64,000 nt of DNA. Source: Leucoraja erinacea. Lineage: Eukaryota. The position numbers and the translations under genes were made by a program. The stretch covers positions 40,362,001 through 40,426,000 of the forward strand of contig NC_073379.1 of NCBI RefSeq assembly GCF_028641065.1. The letters are read 5' to 3'. Below the pieces are notes generated by a model. The model was given only the letters and a program-made list of their open reading frames with translations, had not been told where the DNA came from and did not search any database. Below are positions 39,338-54,039 of the stretch, one piece after another; position 1 is the stretch's first letter; each line of letters starts with the position of its first letter.

Positions 39338-39629
39338 TTAGTTTAGTTTGGAGATAGAGTGTGGAAACAGGCCATTTGGCCCACCGAGTTCACGTTGACC
39401 CATGATCATCCTTGCGCTAGTTCCATCCTACACTCAAGGGACAATTTACAGAAGCCAATTAACCTACAAACCTACACGGCTTTGAAATGTGGGAGGAAAC
39501 TGGAGCACCCGGAGAAAACCCACGCTGTCACAGGGAGAACATACAAACTTCGCACAGACAGCACCTGTAGTCAGGATTGATCTCGGGTCTCTGGCGCTGT
39601 AAGGCAGCAACTCTACCGCTGCGCCACCC
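39338..39629 (-). mobile_element. tRNA-derived V-SINE (HE1-like)
   Basis: Minus strand: GGTGGCGCAGCGGTAGAG A-box, degenerate B-box, GTGGGTTTTCTCCGGGTGCTCCAGTTTCCTCCCACA V-domain, (CTAAA)n tail. Confidence 0.9.
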
Positions 39630-39705
39630 GATATCTGTTCCCATAACTTTTTTTAGAACTGCACTCACTGTAGTCTACAATGCTTCTTCTCATTTTTTTC
39701 TCTAA

Positions 39706-40245
39706 TGGGCCTGTCCTACTTACGCAACTTTTTAGGAGACCATGCGGTCGCCACATGTTGGTGGATGGTGGCCGGGGAGTCGCCTTCATGGTCGTGAGTA
39801 GTTCTCGCATTCTGGGACTAGTCGCGGCCTCATTATGGTCACCGCGAATTTTTCAACATGTTGAAAAATTAGCGCCGACCAGAATTAAGCCGCCATGGAG
39901 AGTAGCGATAATTCTCATGCCGTAAGTGCAGTGGTAGTGGGTCGCCAGGAGGGCGTAGACTCTTGTAGGTTGTAGCCGGTGCTGACTGGTGAATTTCATT
40001 GGCTCATTGGGAAAAGAAAATGCAAGCAATAGTTTTCAGAACCAAGGATAACCAACCGGTAATGTTAATGCCCGCCGAGTTTCACAGCCGTGTTTTAAAA
40101 GTCTCCACCCCTTCTCCCCCCTCTCTTTTAAAGGGCTTACGTGACCCTTCCCGTACACTGTGCTTTGACCGTCTTAATTTTTGTGTGTGTGTGTGTGTGT
40201 GTCGCCGGCAGTCACCTGAAAAACTGCCTAAGTGGGACAGGCCCA
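39706..40245. mobile_element. PIF/Harbinger-type MITE
   Basis: TIRs TGGGCCTGTCCTACTTA / TAAGTGGGACAGGCCCA flanked by TAA and TGA. Confidence 0.85.
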
Positions 40246-41379
40246 TGAATGTAATATTTCACATTTCTCAGCATTAACTTTCATTATCTCAACACACTAG
40301 CTTGTCCATATCTCGTTAAAATCAATTGCCTCCAACGTTTGTCATCAGCAGATTTGGATATTAAGCACTGTACTCCTGAATATGAGCAATTAATATTTAT
40401 TAAGAAAACCAATGGTCCTAGAATGGATCATTAGCAAAATTCCATTCTATATTTAGCTCCGAATCAAAAACAACCTTTAACTACGATCTCTCCAGAGATG
40501 CTGTCTGTCCTGTTGAGTTACTCCAGCATTTTGTGTCTACCTAGGGTCAACCTGTTCTCTGTCAGCGTTCATGGTCCTCATTAGTCTTAACAGCACTGTC
40601 TACTCCCCTTCAAGTTCACAGCCTCTGCCATGTGGAGAAGTTGAGGTAAATAGTAGACTTTGAAGCAGTGTCTACATGCTAGATACTGCCCTCGATTTTA
40701 TAGTTCCTTCTTAAAATGTTCACAAATTTTATGACTAAGTATTTAAAACCTTAAGAAAATACTGCTGTGTCAAGTCCTACAATACTAACTCAATGTTTCA
40801 TCCCTGTTTGCACATGATACTTTGCTTAACAGTCATTTTAAATGTATTCAGTTGCTTATAACACATGATATTGTTGTTACAAAAATGAAGTCAACATGAA
40901 TACGAGCTGCATCTCACTGGTAAGAAAATTAGGAAATGCTGTGCTTTCATTTATAGATGATACAGCACAGGAGTATTTATCCATTTGGAGAATAATCACA
41001 GTAATTCATTAATCTGGACCATTAATTTAACAATTAAGGGCCTTTTAGTGCCAGCATCTGTGATTAAATAAATAATTGCAGTGATAAAACTGCTGTGTAA
41101 GTACAGTCATTTAATCATTATTCCAGACACAACATTGAAATGTGAGCTCAGCTCCTTGTCCCTCCTAATAGCTCAGTCACCTAGACAAATATCTTATTCT
41201 GAGTTGCTGCCGAGGGAACTGATCTCAGCCAATGTCAATTAAGATCACCCAAAGATTGGTAACTTAATTGAGACCATTATTCATCTCCTTCTGGAATGTA
41301 TATTTGCTAAGACAGCCTGGAACAGGATCTGGTGGACTTTGCTGTACTTTATTCCATACAGTTGATTTAGTTCCCCATA

Positions 41380-41750
41380 GTCTGCTTCCAAACATCAGCT
41401 ACTAGTGGAAGGTTTGTCAAACTGGTAAAGATGCACTTTGACCTGCGGTGTAGGGAACTATCCAAATTTGAATGTTGAAGTACCATTTGCTTAGGCATAT
41501 ACTGAAACTTGGTCCAGCTGCAATAAATGCTCCATGACGTCCGACAATATGCCGAGGCGCTGAAACTTGTGCAAAACCCTCTTGGACCCATCCCTCATGG
41601 AATTTATACAAAATAAAAAATTGATCTCATTCTGACAATGTAAATCTTATAAATAAATAGAAACATTTTTTCTTGTATGGTGACTGGTGACAAGGTATTG
41701 TTTTATATATTCGCAACTTTTATGAATAGTTATTTTTGGAAATATAAAAA
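41380..41750 (+). mobile_element. Old Tx1/L1-like LINE 3' end
   Basis: Fragmentary translation KDAL*PA...RELSKFEC...ILKLGPAA, then an AT-rich UTR ending aaatataaaaa. Confidence 0.45.
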
Positions 41751-42254
41751 ATGTAGCGACTTAGAATACAAGCATTGACAAGGTATTGACAACCCCCGGA
41801 AAAGAGGTGAAAATTGGGAAGATAAAATTTTGGATTGAAGAAAGATCACTACATTGAATAAAGAGAAAGAAAGCAAAACTCCAGGATCAGGGAATGAAAG
41901 AGCACAGACAGAGGCTACTCAGTCCATCATGCCAACATTCATCATTAAATAAACGTTTGGAAGGGATGAAATGTAGAATATTTTGCCCTTTCTGAATAGA
42001 AAAAATAAAATTCACTTGGTATGAAAAGATGTCAAAACAGCAGTTATTTTACAACTACCAGCTTGCTTCTCTATAAATCTGTACATTAAATTATACCATT
42101 TATGCTTTACTTGTGTAAATAATTCAGCATTTCAATGTATAGAAGTTGATAATATTTGTGAAATGGTATATATTTGTAACAACCACAGTTAAAATAGAAG
42201 ATAAAAAGCAGCGTGTTGAATAAGAAGTGTGTTGCTATTCTTGCTGCAAGTCTG

Positions 42255-43375
42255 TGGTGTTCCAAAGGGATCTGAGCTGGGACCTCTATTTTTTATGATG
42301 TATATAAACAACGCTCGTGTAGATGGGTTGGTTAGTAAGTTTGCAGATGGCACCAAAATTGGTGGAGTTTTGGACAGTGAAAAAGGTTGACAAAAGAATC
42401 AGCAGGATTAAGACCAGTTACAGATATAGGCAGAGAAAAGGCCAATGGAGCTTAAACCACGCAAGTGTGAAATGTTGTACTTTGAGAGGTCGAATGTACT
42501 GTAAGTGAAAAGTGTACAATGGCAAGACCCTTAACAACATTGCTATGCAGAGGGATTTTGGAGTCTATGTTCTCAGCTCTCTGAAAGTAGCAACACAAGT
42601 AGATAGAGTGGTAAAGAAAGCATATGGCATTCTTGCCTTGGTCAGTGCATTGAGTATCAGAGGCAGGATGTCATGTTGCAGCTTTATAAAACATTGTTGA
42701 AGCAGCATTTGGAGTATTGTGTGCAATTCTGGTCACCCCATTACAGGAAGAATATGGAGCCATTCAAGTGTGCGCAGAATATTGATCAATTCAAGTCAAG
42801 TGTGCGCAAAAGAGGATTACCAGGATGCTGCCTGGATGAGAGTATTAACTACAGGAAAAGTTGGACAAACTTGAATTGTTTACTCTGGAGATGAGGCTGA
42901 GGGGAGACCCAATAGCAGTTTACAAATTATGACAATAAAAGATAAGGTGGACAGACAGAACATTTTGTCCCAAGGGTGGAAATGTCAAATGCTGGAGGGC
43001 CTACTTTAAGGTAACAGGGGCAAAATTTAAAGGAGATGCGCATGCCCTTTTTTTTTTTGTTACACAGAAGATGGTAGATGCCTACAAACTGCTTTCCAGG
43101 GGTGCTAGTGGAATCAGATCATGATAATGGTACTTAAGAGTCTTTTAGATTGGTACATTTATATGCAGGGAATGGAGGGATATGGATCACATACAGAAAA
43201 AAATTAGTGTATTTGGTATTAGACACAGAATGCTGAAGTAACTCAGCGGGACAGGCAGCATCTCTGAAGAGAAGGAATGGGTGACGTTTCAGGCCAAGAC
43301 CCTTATTTGGCATTATGTTCAGCTTGGACATGGTGGGCCTAGGGCCTGTTCCTGTGTTATACTATTCTATGTTCC
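42255..43375 (+). mobile_element. CR1 LINE 3' fragment, with a Penelope-derived insert at ~43218-43305
   Basis: GVPKGSELGP, SKFADGTKIGG, LEYCVQFWSPHY. Tail gggcctgttcctgtg...ttctatgttc. Confidence 0.88.
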
Positions 43376-43416
43376 AAAAACAGAAACCTTATCCGGTATC
43401 AACTCAAGCGTCTAAC

Positions 43417-43578
43417 CTTTTCCTTGACTTTCGCCTCCTGCTCCCTACATTGCCTTTCAACAACTTGAATTCTTCTGGTCACTGGAGCCACTGATTCTTT
43501 TAGTGCTTTCAGTTCTTGTTTCAGCTGTTCACGGAGGTGCTTCACTTCTTCATGCTCCTGTCGAGCTGCTTCATATTC
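43417..43578 (-). CDS. SMC5: SMC5 exon 7 equivalent (EYEAARQEHEEVKHLREQLKQELKALKESVAPVTRRIQVVERQCREQEAKVKEK)
   Basis: TTTAAAG acceptor, AAG|GTTAGA donor, 162 nt open. Confidence 0.95.
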
Positions 43579-43939
43579 CTTTAAAAGAGCAGGATCAAAT
43601 CTTTATTAAAGCTAGTACCTTTTAGTAGAATCTTAGAAATCAGAGGATGCCATTGGCATGTGGACCAATTCTCTTGAACAGGTATTTAATTAATCCCACT
43701 TAATGATTTCATCTCTTTTTCAGGCAGCACATTTTAGAATATTACATCTAACTGCAAACTACACAACAGAATATATAGTAGTGAAGATTTGGTAAGATCA
43801 TTGATATAATTTTACAATGCTGTATAATGCCATTAAAAAAAAATCAGAGAAGCAAGGTTATTTGTAATATATATATATATATCTGTGTCATATCATCATC
43901 ATATCCTTATAACTATAAAACTCTGATCTTGTATGTGGA

Positions 43940-43942
<3 letters not shown>

Positions 43943-43978
<36 letters not shown>

Positions 43979-43992
43979 ATGTGTGTGTGTGT
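43943..43992 (+). repeat. (TG)n microsatellite
   Basis: Directly visible. Confidence 0.95.
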
Positions 43993-44341
43993 ATATTTAT
44001 TTATTTGTGTATTGTCACATCTTCTCGAAAAAAACATATACATATACGGGTAGAGATCTACCCCCTGGAGTCCGAACGCCTGCTCTGAAAAATTCATGCT
44101 TTATTTCTCGAGTTATCTATTAAAATGTTCACAAATCCGATAAAACGTTGAAAATAAACTAGATGTTCTCGCTGATAACGTCACAATAGCCCCCCCCCCC
44201 CCCCGGGCTCTGGATTGAAGCCACTTAACTCGCAGTGCTTTGGTTGACGCACGCCCCGCTGCCTGCTCCCCTGCGAGTTGGGGGCTATGCATCAGTGGAT
44301 AGGGCGGGGATGGGGTAAAAGGAGCGAATGAATAATATTAA

Positions 44342-44512
44342 NNNNNNNNNNNNNNNNNNNNNNNNNNNNNNNNNNNNNNNNNNNNNNNNNNNNNNNNNNN
44401 NNNNNNNNNNNNNNNNNNNNNNNNNNNNNNNNNNNNNNNNNNNNNNNNNNNNNNNNNNNNNNNNNNNNNNNNNNNNNNNNNNNNNNNNNNNNNNNNNNNN
44501 NNNNNNNNNNNN
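44342..44512. other. Assembly gap (171 N)
   Basis: Run of n characters. Confidence 1.
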
Positions 44513-44588
44513 CGCAGGCCTCCCCCCCCCCCCCCCCCCTTAAGTGCCCATTGAGGGGCTGGGACCCAACGGGTCCCACTTGGTCTAG

Positions 44589-44960
44589 TAACTATTAAAA
44601 GTCTGATCTTGGATGCAGATGTGTTTGTTCGTGTGTGTTTGTGTATAAACACATCTTCTCAAAAAAAACAAATCGCTAACGGTAAAATGTTTACATATTC
44701 CGGTAGAGATTTTTTCCCTGGAGCCCAAAACGGCATAATCTGAAAATTTAATGCTTTATTTCTCGAGTTATTAATGAAAATGTTCAAAAATCAGACAAAA
44801 CTTTGAAATAAAAACAACTGGCTTTTGTTGGTGACGTCACAATGGATCTGCGTGCCTGCCATCTTCTTCGCGCTTCGAGTGACGTCACCCCCCCCACCTC
44901 TCTCCCCCCCTCCCCCCACATTTATTCAAAAACAACTCAGCAAATGATGATTAGAAACAG
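44589..44960 (+). mobile_element. Second Helitron-like unit, head-to-tail, 3'-truncated
   Basis: taactattaaaagtctgatcttg...cacatcttctc...ggtagagat...tttatttctcgagtta repeats 43910-44190. Confidence 0.75.
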
Positions 44961-45239
44961 AAAATTTATGAAATACTATGGGTTTCCAGCATCCGCAACT
45001 TTAAAAAAAAAATCAGCAAATGATAATGGTGATGAAATGGCAAATCTTTCCAATATCCTAAATCTGTCCTGCAGGAGTGCTTAACATTTCACCTGCAGGT
45101 TAATGAAAGTGATGCATGACCATATGAATGCATCTCACTTTGGCAATTCAGTCTTCTTCAGTAGAAGCAAGGATCAGACCTTCAAAAGCTTAAAAGAGCA
45201 AAAACAATTAACTGAATTAAAGTCATTGACTACTCAGTG

Positions 45240-48200
45240 AGTATAGAGAACTAGGTAGGAGGCTGAAAAGCAGGACTTCTGGGGTGGTTCTCTCAGAGTT
45301 GCTTCCAGTACCTCGCGCTAGTGAGGGTAGGAACAGGGAGATAGGGGATCTGAATGTGTGGCTGAGTCGTTGGTGCAAGGGCAGAGATTTATTTTTCTAG
45401 ATCACTGGAATCTCTTCTGGGGTAGGGGTGCCCGAAAGGGATGGGTTAAGGGCCTTGCCCACTTAGGCTATTTTTAGGTGACTGCCAGCGACTGTCATAG
45501 TCGTAGTAGGTCGCCGATAAAAACAGCGACTGGACCCCCCTTCGACATAAAATTTGAAATAGAATCATTACTTTAACAATGGAAAAAAACGAAGTCAGCA
45601 CCGGTGACAACCTACGTTAACCTGGCGACAACTACGACAGTACCTATGTCAGGAGGAGTCAAGCTACGGTCATTAGCGTCAAACCCACAGTCGCTGACTG
45701 TCTCCGAACATGTTTCAACATGTTGAAAATCTAGCGGCGACCAGAAAGACGCTATGACTCTTTGGGCTGAGGAGAGTACTCGCGGCCATACAGGCGCCAC
45801 CCCCGGCGACAACCTAGCTGCCTAAATATTTGCCAAAATGAAACAGGCCCCTTACACCTTAATTGGAAGTGGACCGACATTCTGGCAGGCAGGTTTGCCA
45901 GTGCTGCACGGATGGGCTTAAACTAAAAAGTGGTGTGGGGGGGGGGGGTGAAGTCAGCAACATGGACGCGTATCCGTGCTGCTAACGGGAAAGGTCAAGT
46001 TTAAACTAACAGGGCAGGGGAAGGGGACCCATTGCAAGGAGACAGAGGGCCATAAAAGGAGGACAGAAGCAAAAGGTAAACGGCAGATAAGAAAAACTAA
46101 CCCATAAGCTTTGTGCCTTAATGAGAGGAGCATTTGAAATAAGGTGGATGAATTGAATGCGCAGTTAGTAGTTAAGGGATATGATATAGTTGGAATTACA
46201 GAGACATGGCTCCAGGGTGACCAAGGCTGGGAGCTAAACGTGCAGAGGTATTCGATATTCGGGAAGGATAGACAGAAAGGAAGAAGAGGTGGGGTGGCAT
46301 TGCTGGCTAAAGAGGAGATTAATTTAATAGCAAGAAGAGACATTAGCTTGGATGCTGTAGAATCTGTACGGGTAGAACTGCGAAATAGCCAAGGGTAGAA
46401 AACACTTGTTGGAGTGGTATACAGACCACCAAACAGTAGTAGCGAGGTTGGGGCTAGCATCAAGCAGGAAATTAGGGATGTGCGTAGCAAAGGTACAGCG
46501 GTTATCACGTGTGACTTTAATCTACATATAGATTGGGCCAACCAAATTGGTAACAGTGCTGAGGAGGAGGATTTCCTGGAAAGTATAAGGGATGGGTTTT
46601 TAAACCGATATGTAGAGGAACCGAATAGAGGGCAGGCCATCCTAGACTGGGTATTATGTAATGAGGGAGGATTAGTTAGTGATCTTGTTGTGCAAGGCCC
46701 CTTGGGCAATAGTGACCATAATATGGTGGAATTCGGCATTAGGATGGAAAGTGACACCAGGGTCCTGAACTTGAATAAAGGAGACTTTGAAGGTATAAGA
46801 CGGGAATTGGCTAGGGTAGATGGGCAAATTATACTTAAAGGGTTGACAGTGGAGATGCAATGGCAAGGATTTAAACTTCAGAAATTGTTCATCCCTCTCT
46901 GGTGAAAAAATAAAACTGGGAAGACGGCTCAATCATGGCTAACGTGGGAAGTCACGGATAGTGTTAAATCCAAGGAAGAGGCACATAAATTGGCCAGAAG
47001 TGGCAAACCAGAGGACTGGGTGAAATTTAGAACTCGACAAAGGAGAACAAAGGGGTTAATTAAGAGGGGAGGGGGGGGGGGGAGGGGGAGAACAAGAAAG
47101 AAAGCTTGCGGGGAATATAAAAATTGACTGTAAAAGTTTCTTTAGGTATGTAAAGAGGAAAAGACTAGTGAAGATGAATGTAGGTCCCTTACAGTCACAG
47201 ACAGGTGAATTTATAATGGGAAACAAGGAAATGGCAGGACAGTTAAACGAGTTCTGTCTTCACTAAGGAAGATATAAACATTCTCCTGGAAATACTAGGG
47301 GACCGAGGATCTAGTGGGAGGGAGGAACTGAAGGGAATCCACATTAGTAAGAAAATGGTGTTCAGTAAACTGTTGGGACTGAAGGCAGATAAATCCCCAG
47401 GGCCTGATGGTCTGCATCCCAAAGGATGGCCCGAGAAATCGTGGATGCATTGGTGATCATTTTCCAATGTTCTCTCGACTCTGGATCAGTTCTTGTGGAC
47501 TGGAGGGTGGCCAATGTAACTCAATTTTTTAAGAAAGGAGGGAGAGAGAAAACAGGGACCAGTTAGCCTTACATCAGTAGTGGGGACGATGCTGGAGTTG
47601 ATTATTAAAGATGTTACAGCAGCACATTTGGAAAGCAGTGACGGGATCGTTCAAAATCAGCATGGATTTATGATGGGGAAATCTTGCTTGACTAATCTTT
47701 TGGAATTTTTTGAGGATGTAACAAGTAGAATGAATAAGGGAGAGCCAGTGGATGTGGCGTATTTGGACTTTCAAAAAGCCTTTACAAGGTCCCACACAAG
47801 AGATTAGTGTGTAAAATTAGAGTACGTGGTATTAGGGGTAGGGTATTGACATGGATAGGGAACTGGTTGGCAGACAGGATGAAAAGAGTAGGAATTAACG
47901 GGTCCTTTTCAGAATGGCAGGCAGTGACTGGTGGGGTGCCACAAGGCTCGGTGCTAGGATCCCAATTGTTTACAATATATATTAACGATTTAGACGAGTG
48001 AATTAAATGTAACATCTCTGTTTGCTGATGACACAAAGCTGGGTGGCACTGTGAGCTGCAAGGAGGATGGTATGAGGCTGCAGGGTGACTTGGATAGGTT
48101 GGTTGAGTGGACAGAAGCATGGCAGATGCAGTATAATGTGGATAAATGTGAGGTTATCTACTTTGGTGGCAAGAACAAAAAGGCAGATTATCTGAATGGT

Positions 48201-48937
48201 GTCAGATTAGGAGAAGGGAGGTGCAACAAGACCTGGGTGTGTTTGTACATCAGTCACTGAAAGTAAGCATGCAGGTACAGCAGACAGTGAAGAAAGCCAA
48301 TGGCATGTTGACCTTCATTGTGAGAGGATTTGAGCAAGGAGGTCCTACTGCAGTTGTTATAGGTTCCTGGTGAGACCACAACTGGAGTATTGTGTGCAAT
48401 TTCAGTCTCCTAATTTGAGGAGGGACATTATTGCTATTGAGGGAGCGCAGCGAGGTTCACCAGGTTAATTCCCGGGATGGCGGGACTGACATGTGATGAA
48501 AGAATGGGTCGACTGGGCTTGTATTTGCTGGAATCTAGAATGATGAGAGGGGATCTTGTAGAAACATAAAATTCCTAGAGGATTGGACAGGGTAGATGCA
48601 GGAAAAAATGTTCCCGATGTTGGGGGAGTCCAGAACCAGGGGTCACAGTTTAAGAATAAGGGTATTAGGCTATTTAGGAGTGAGATGAGGAATAATGTTT
48701 TCACCCAGAGTTGTGAATCTGTGGAATTCTCTGCCACAGAAGGCAGTGGAGGCCAGTTCACTGGTTGTTTTCAAGATAGAGTTAGATTTAGCTATTAGGG
48801 TTAAGGGAATCAAGGGATATGGGGGGAAAGCCGGAATGGGGTACTGATTTTGGATGATCAGTCATGATCATATTGAATGGCGGTGCTGGCTCGAAGGGCC
48901 AAATGGCCTACTCCTGTAAATATTTTCAGTGTTTACT
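45240..48937 (+). mobile_element. CR1 LINE (ORF1 esterase remnant + degenerate ORF2 + 3' tail)
   Basis: [53 protein letters not shown]. Tail ggccaaatggcctactcctg. Confidence 0.95.
45449..45851. mobile_element. Harbinger-type MITE inserted in CR1 ORF1
   Basis: TTA TSD splits GAT GGG TTA CAC CTT AAT (DGLHLN). Degenerate AGGGCCTTGCCCACTT TIR. Confidence 0.85.
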
Positions 48938-49501
48938 ACCATTTCCCAGCATGCAGAATCAAATTAATGTATCTGTTGACAGCAAGAAATAAATAATTGA
49001 TGACAGTGCACAATGTGCTTTGTGTAACAAATGCTCTTGGAATAATATCCCTTGAACATCAATGGCAATTTTCTACTTACGTATAGAACATTTAGGGGCA
49101 AGATCATTTTGGTTAGTTGCACAGTACTGAAACATCTGCCCACGTCCGTGCAAACAAAAAACATAAATGTCAACAATGGTAGATGGGAAGTGCCACATGG
49201 AGTCTTATTAAATGCACACAGCAACCCACGCAAAATCATTCGATCCGCTGGGAGAGGCAAAACCCAGAAAAACACCAGCCAACTTTGGGGATGGGAATTC
49301 CTCTCTGATCCATCATATAACTGAAAATACTTAAGAATATGAACTTATTCTACTTAACAAGCCTACAAAATTTGGAAGCACAATTAATGCCAATAAATAT
49401 ACATTGTTTCCATATTAATTTACATTCCCTAAGATCAGGAATATCACAATCGTTTTAGGAAGACTCTAATCGGTCACATATCACTGAAATAAAAGGCTTC
49501 A

Positions 49502-49886
<385 letters not shown>

Positions 49887-50321
49887 TTAAACATAAATCA
49901 TTTTCCAGTCAAAAGGGTTGAACTATTCATATCATCGATTCATATAAAAGATACAGTGCTGAATCCACTAACAATGCTACCAATGAGAGGGATAACAGAC
50001 AAAAAGGGAAAGAAACAGAAAAGGAAAAGAGAGAAAGGCAGAGAGCGTGAGAGTGAGATGTAAGAACAGTTATTCGGACAGAAAGGATATTTATCCAACT
50101 ACACAACTTTGAATTTTTTTTTTTTTTTAATAAATGATATCGCAGCGTCCCAAGGTCCAACCAAAGTTTGAATGAGTATTCTAATCTCCCCCACTCGCAA
50201 ATTGCAGACAGGAACGACTATTTGAAGGTTGGACCGACAGGTTAGCTATTGCATTGAAGATGGGTACAGTCCAGCATTTAAAAATGGGAACACATCAATG
50301 TTCCATACTTGAATGTGATTA

Positions 50322-50576
<255 letters not shown>

Positions 50577-50709
50577 TCAGAAAATACAGAGAATGAATAC
50601 AACATAGCAGTCCATTGGCGGAAAAATTACCCAACCTTCTTCATTTTGGACAGGAAGAATGGTGTTACTAAATATAGCAACATGGGTGTCCCTCGATTCT
50701 AAGAAGATT

Positions 50710-50860
50710 CAATAGACAATAGGTGCAGGAGTAGTCCATTCCGCCCTTCGAGCCAGCATCGCCATTCAATGTGATCATGGCTGATCATCCCCAATCAATA
50801 CCCCGTTCCTGCCTTCTCCCCATATCCCATGACATGACCCCACTATCTTTAAGAGCCCAA
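50710..50860 (-). mobile_element. CR1 LINE 3' tail fragment
   Basis: caatagacaataggtgcaggagtag...gccttctccccatatccc. Confidence 0.85.
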
Positions 50861-51244
50861 GTACATTTTTGTTGGAAAACATCTGAAAGCTTTAAAAATG
50901 CAAGATATGATAGTAAATATTGTTGCTTTTAATTTGTGAATGAAGATACACATCAATACAAATAAATACCAAGCTAAAGAGCCCTCTCTGGAAACAGGAA
51001 TATCTGCCATTGAAACTGTATATTGCTTGGTAAAACAATAGATTGTTCTCTGTTGAGTTTTCTGGATACATTAGTTATAATACCAACCTTGACACAATAG
51101 TAGCTCTGGTGAGGATTGGGGAAATGGCAGATTAGCTACAACTCTCTGTGCATGATAAACTGTTAAGACAGGAATATTCAGACAATACAGTCTCATCACT
51201 GGAATGTACAGAAGTTTACAGGTATTTCATTAGCTTATACTTAC

Positions 51245-51297
51245 AGTTCAAGTTCAATGGATCCTCTGTTACTTCCACGTTTCACATAAAGACCAAC
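51245..51297 (-). CDS. SMC5: SMC5 exon 3 equivalent (VGLYVKRGSNRGSIELEL)
   Basis: GAATAG acceptor, GTAAGT donor, 53 nt, phase 0/2. Similar to VGFFVKRGCSRGMVEIEL. Confidence 0.95.
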
Positions 51298-53239
51298 CTA
51301 TTCAAAAATACATCGTTATCATATAGCCTTTATAAATTGTGAGAAAATGAACTCAAAGATTAAACTACATCATAATACTTTTTTTTTAAATTACAGGCCT
51401 GCATGATAAGAACTGCATTTTTGATAAGTGTGAAATGGTGAAAGTTGCCCCGATAAAAGGAGAGGCAATGGATTAAAGATCAAATGAGCAAGGATCAAAT
51501 CATTAAATAATCCCTTACAACCTCTGCCCTCAAAAGTTATTACGGATGCAAGTCACCTACTCATTTCTATTATTTATCTCAAATCCATTACACGGTATAA
51601 TGGAATCATTGTAGTGACAATCTAGAGTTAAATAATAAACACTGTTTGCCATTTTATAATCCCTACTAGGGCTCTGTAGCAGAGATCCAAAGCAAACAGG
51701 GATACTTCATATCCAGAACAGATTCTCCTTTATTCATTTAAACGGCAGAAATGCAGATTTGAAAAGCAGATTTTACTATACAGTATTTTACTATTAAACT
51801 GTTTGAATAACTATGAAGCTTTTAAGCTGCAATAATGTAATAGCCAAGTGTTTTTAAACTTGCTTTTCTTCCTTTCAAATCAAAGGAAAGGATGAACACC
51901 AGAATTTCAATATCAAAGTCCAGAAGCTAATCTCACGACAAGAAGCATTGTTGAGCCACGTCAAAGAAGAAGATATTCTGTTACGACAGACAATAAAGTT
52001 TTCTGAATCTGAATCTGAAGATCACTGTGCAGTGATGGGGTGGTTATTTAGAACTGTACAGTTTGTAAAAAGAGCAGGTCGGCTTTGGAGAGAGCAGGCA
52101 ATTTTATATTTGGCATTATTTAATGAGACGGAATTAATTAACAACACAGTAGAGTGACCCCCTAAGAAAGGGTAATCATAGCATGGTGAAATTTCAAATT
52201 CAATTGAAATTAATCTCTGGAAATTTGTATTCAGCACAGAAATTCTGCATGTATGGCAAAACCTTCAGCTAAATTTGACATTTGAATGATTTGATCCTTG
52301 CGCATTTGATTTGACATAGGTCTAATCAAAGATTAAGAAAACGTAAAGCGTACTGGTCACCTGGAAGAATTTGCAACTTTTGATGTATGCACTGAAACTT
52401 AAAACTAGGGCCAAAGATAGGTCTGCCTAATATGGACAATGCAAGTGAATACTGGGCCTTAACAATTAGCAATGCATACTATCAAGCCACACAGCACTGG
52501 AGAAAAGATTTAAAGCAACTATGATCTCTTGATGAAATTTATATAGGATTATCAAAAAAAAAACATGTAAACCATATAATAAATCACCCAAGCTCACATC
52601 TAAACATTCAAATAATCTTTCCATCGCTTAACTCTTTTAAAAGTGGCTGTGCATGATTGGGGTGTTTCGTAAAATATAAAAATGGCAGCACAGTCAAATG
52701 ACCGTCTCTCAGTATTCATAACCAAAGATCATGCTCTATGATCTATGATCTTTGTTCATAACATACAAAGGAGCTGGAATTTGCCAGTTTGTGAAGATGA
52801 GGTACTATTGACACCTGCAACTTACCCAGACACATTAAGAGCTTCTGCACTGCAGAAAATATTCAATTTGCTGTTTTTAAAACTGTTCAAGTTATGCCTA
52901 TCATATAATCAAAGAGCTACAAGATATTTTGTGAGATAAATGTAAATCGTGAAGAGGTTTATGAAATAATCTTGGTTTGTTATCAAGTACACAGGATTAA
53001 ATGTTTTTTGGTTTGATATTTTCAAATGGCAGTGTTGCATTTTCAATCGACTAAGCATTTTGCATTATAATAATTGCTGACCAGCTTTTCAAAGTGAAAT
53101 GGCGGCACACAAATTAATCGGCAGTTGTCCAGTCAGTTATTGTCTATTCTATACAACCAGACTTCCTTTGTCCAGGACGCATCAGTCCAGAGTCATTCTT
53201 TGGAATCAAGTGCAGCTCAAATACCCATTTATCTGGATA

Positions 53240-53390
53240 ACCAAGGAACTGTTGATGCTGGTTTAAATAAGACACAGGGTGCAGGAGTAACTCAGCTGCT
53301 CAGGCTCCATTTTAGGAGAACATGGATAGGTGACGTTTTGGGTTGTGACCCTTGTTCAGACTGATTGTGATGGTGGGAGGAGGGGGGAAG
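53240..53390 (-). mobile_element. Penelope-derived repeat, degenerate
   Basis: aaggaactgttgatgctgg...gagtaactcagc...ataggtgacgttttggg...cccttgttcagactga. Confidence 0.7.
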
Positions 53391-53418
53391 TTACCAATTA
53401 ATAAAATTGAATTTGCTA

Positions 53419-53616
<198 letters not shown>

Positions 53617-54039
53617 TTAAAATTTTACATCTTTACAAACATAACCAATAAGTAATATGGATAAAAACACAAAGCTTTAATCAATCAATATTGCTTCACC
53701 CCTTACAGCAAAGTTTGAAACTTTTTGCTGAGGGTAACTATCAGAATGGGATGATTAACTTCAATTTCTGGATCTCCAAATAAATTACAGATTAAGATTT
53801 AACTATAGCCAGCACGGAATCTGTATTTTTCATTGTATAAATAATGAGGCGACTTTCTTCAAAAATGTAAGATCTTGAGGAGTCTTGAAAGGATAGACGT
53901 GGAGATGTTTTCATTCGTGGGAGAGTCAGGAACAAGGAGGCATAGCTACAAGATAAGAGCCCAGTCATATAAAACTGAGATGTGTAGAAATTTCTTCGCT
54001 GCAAGTCATGAACTTTGGAATTTTCCAGAGGGCATTAGA

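Larger units (their letters stand above)
43904..44588 (+). mobile_element. Non-autonomous Helitron (spans the assembly gap)
   Basis: A|TC 5' end, perfect GGGACCC-AAC-GGGTCCC hairpin, CTAG|T 3' end, no TSD, internal (TG)n. Confidence 0.8.

Noticed and set aside
39570-39629. Functional tRNA gene
   Set aside because: It is the tRNA-derived head of a V-SINE, continuous with the V-domain and LINE-like tail.
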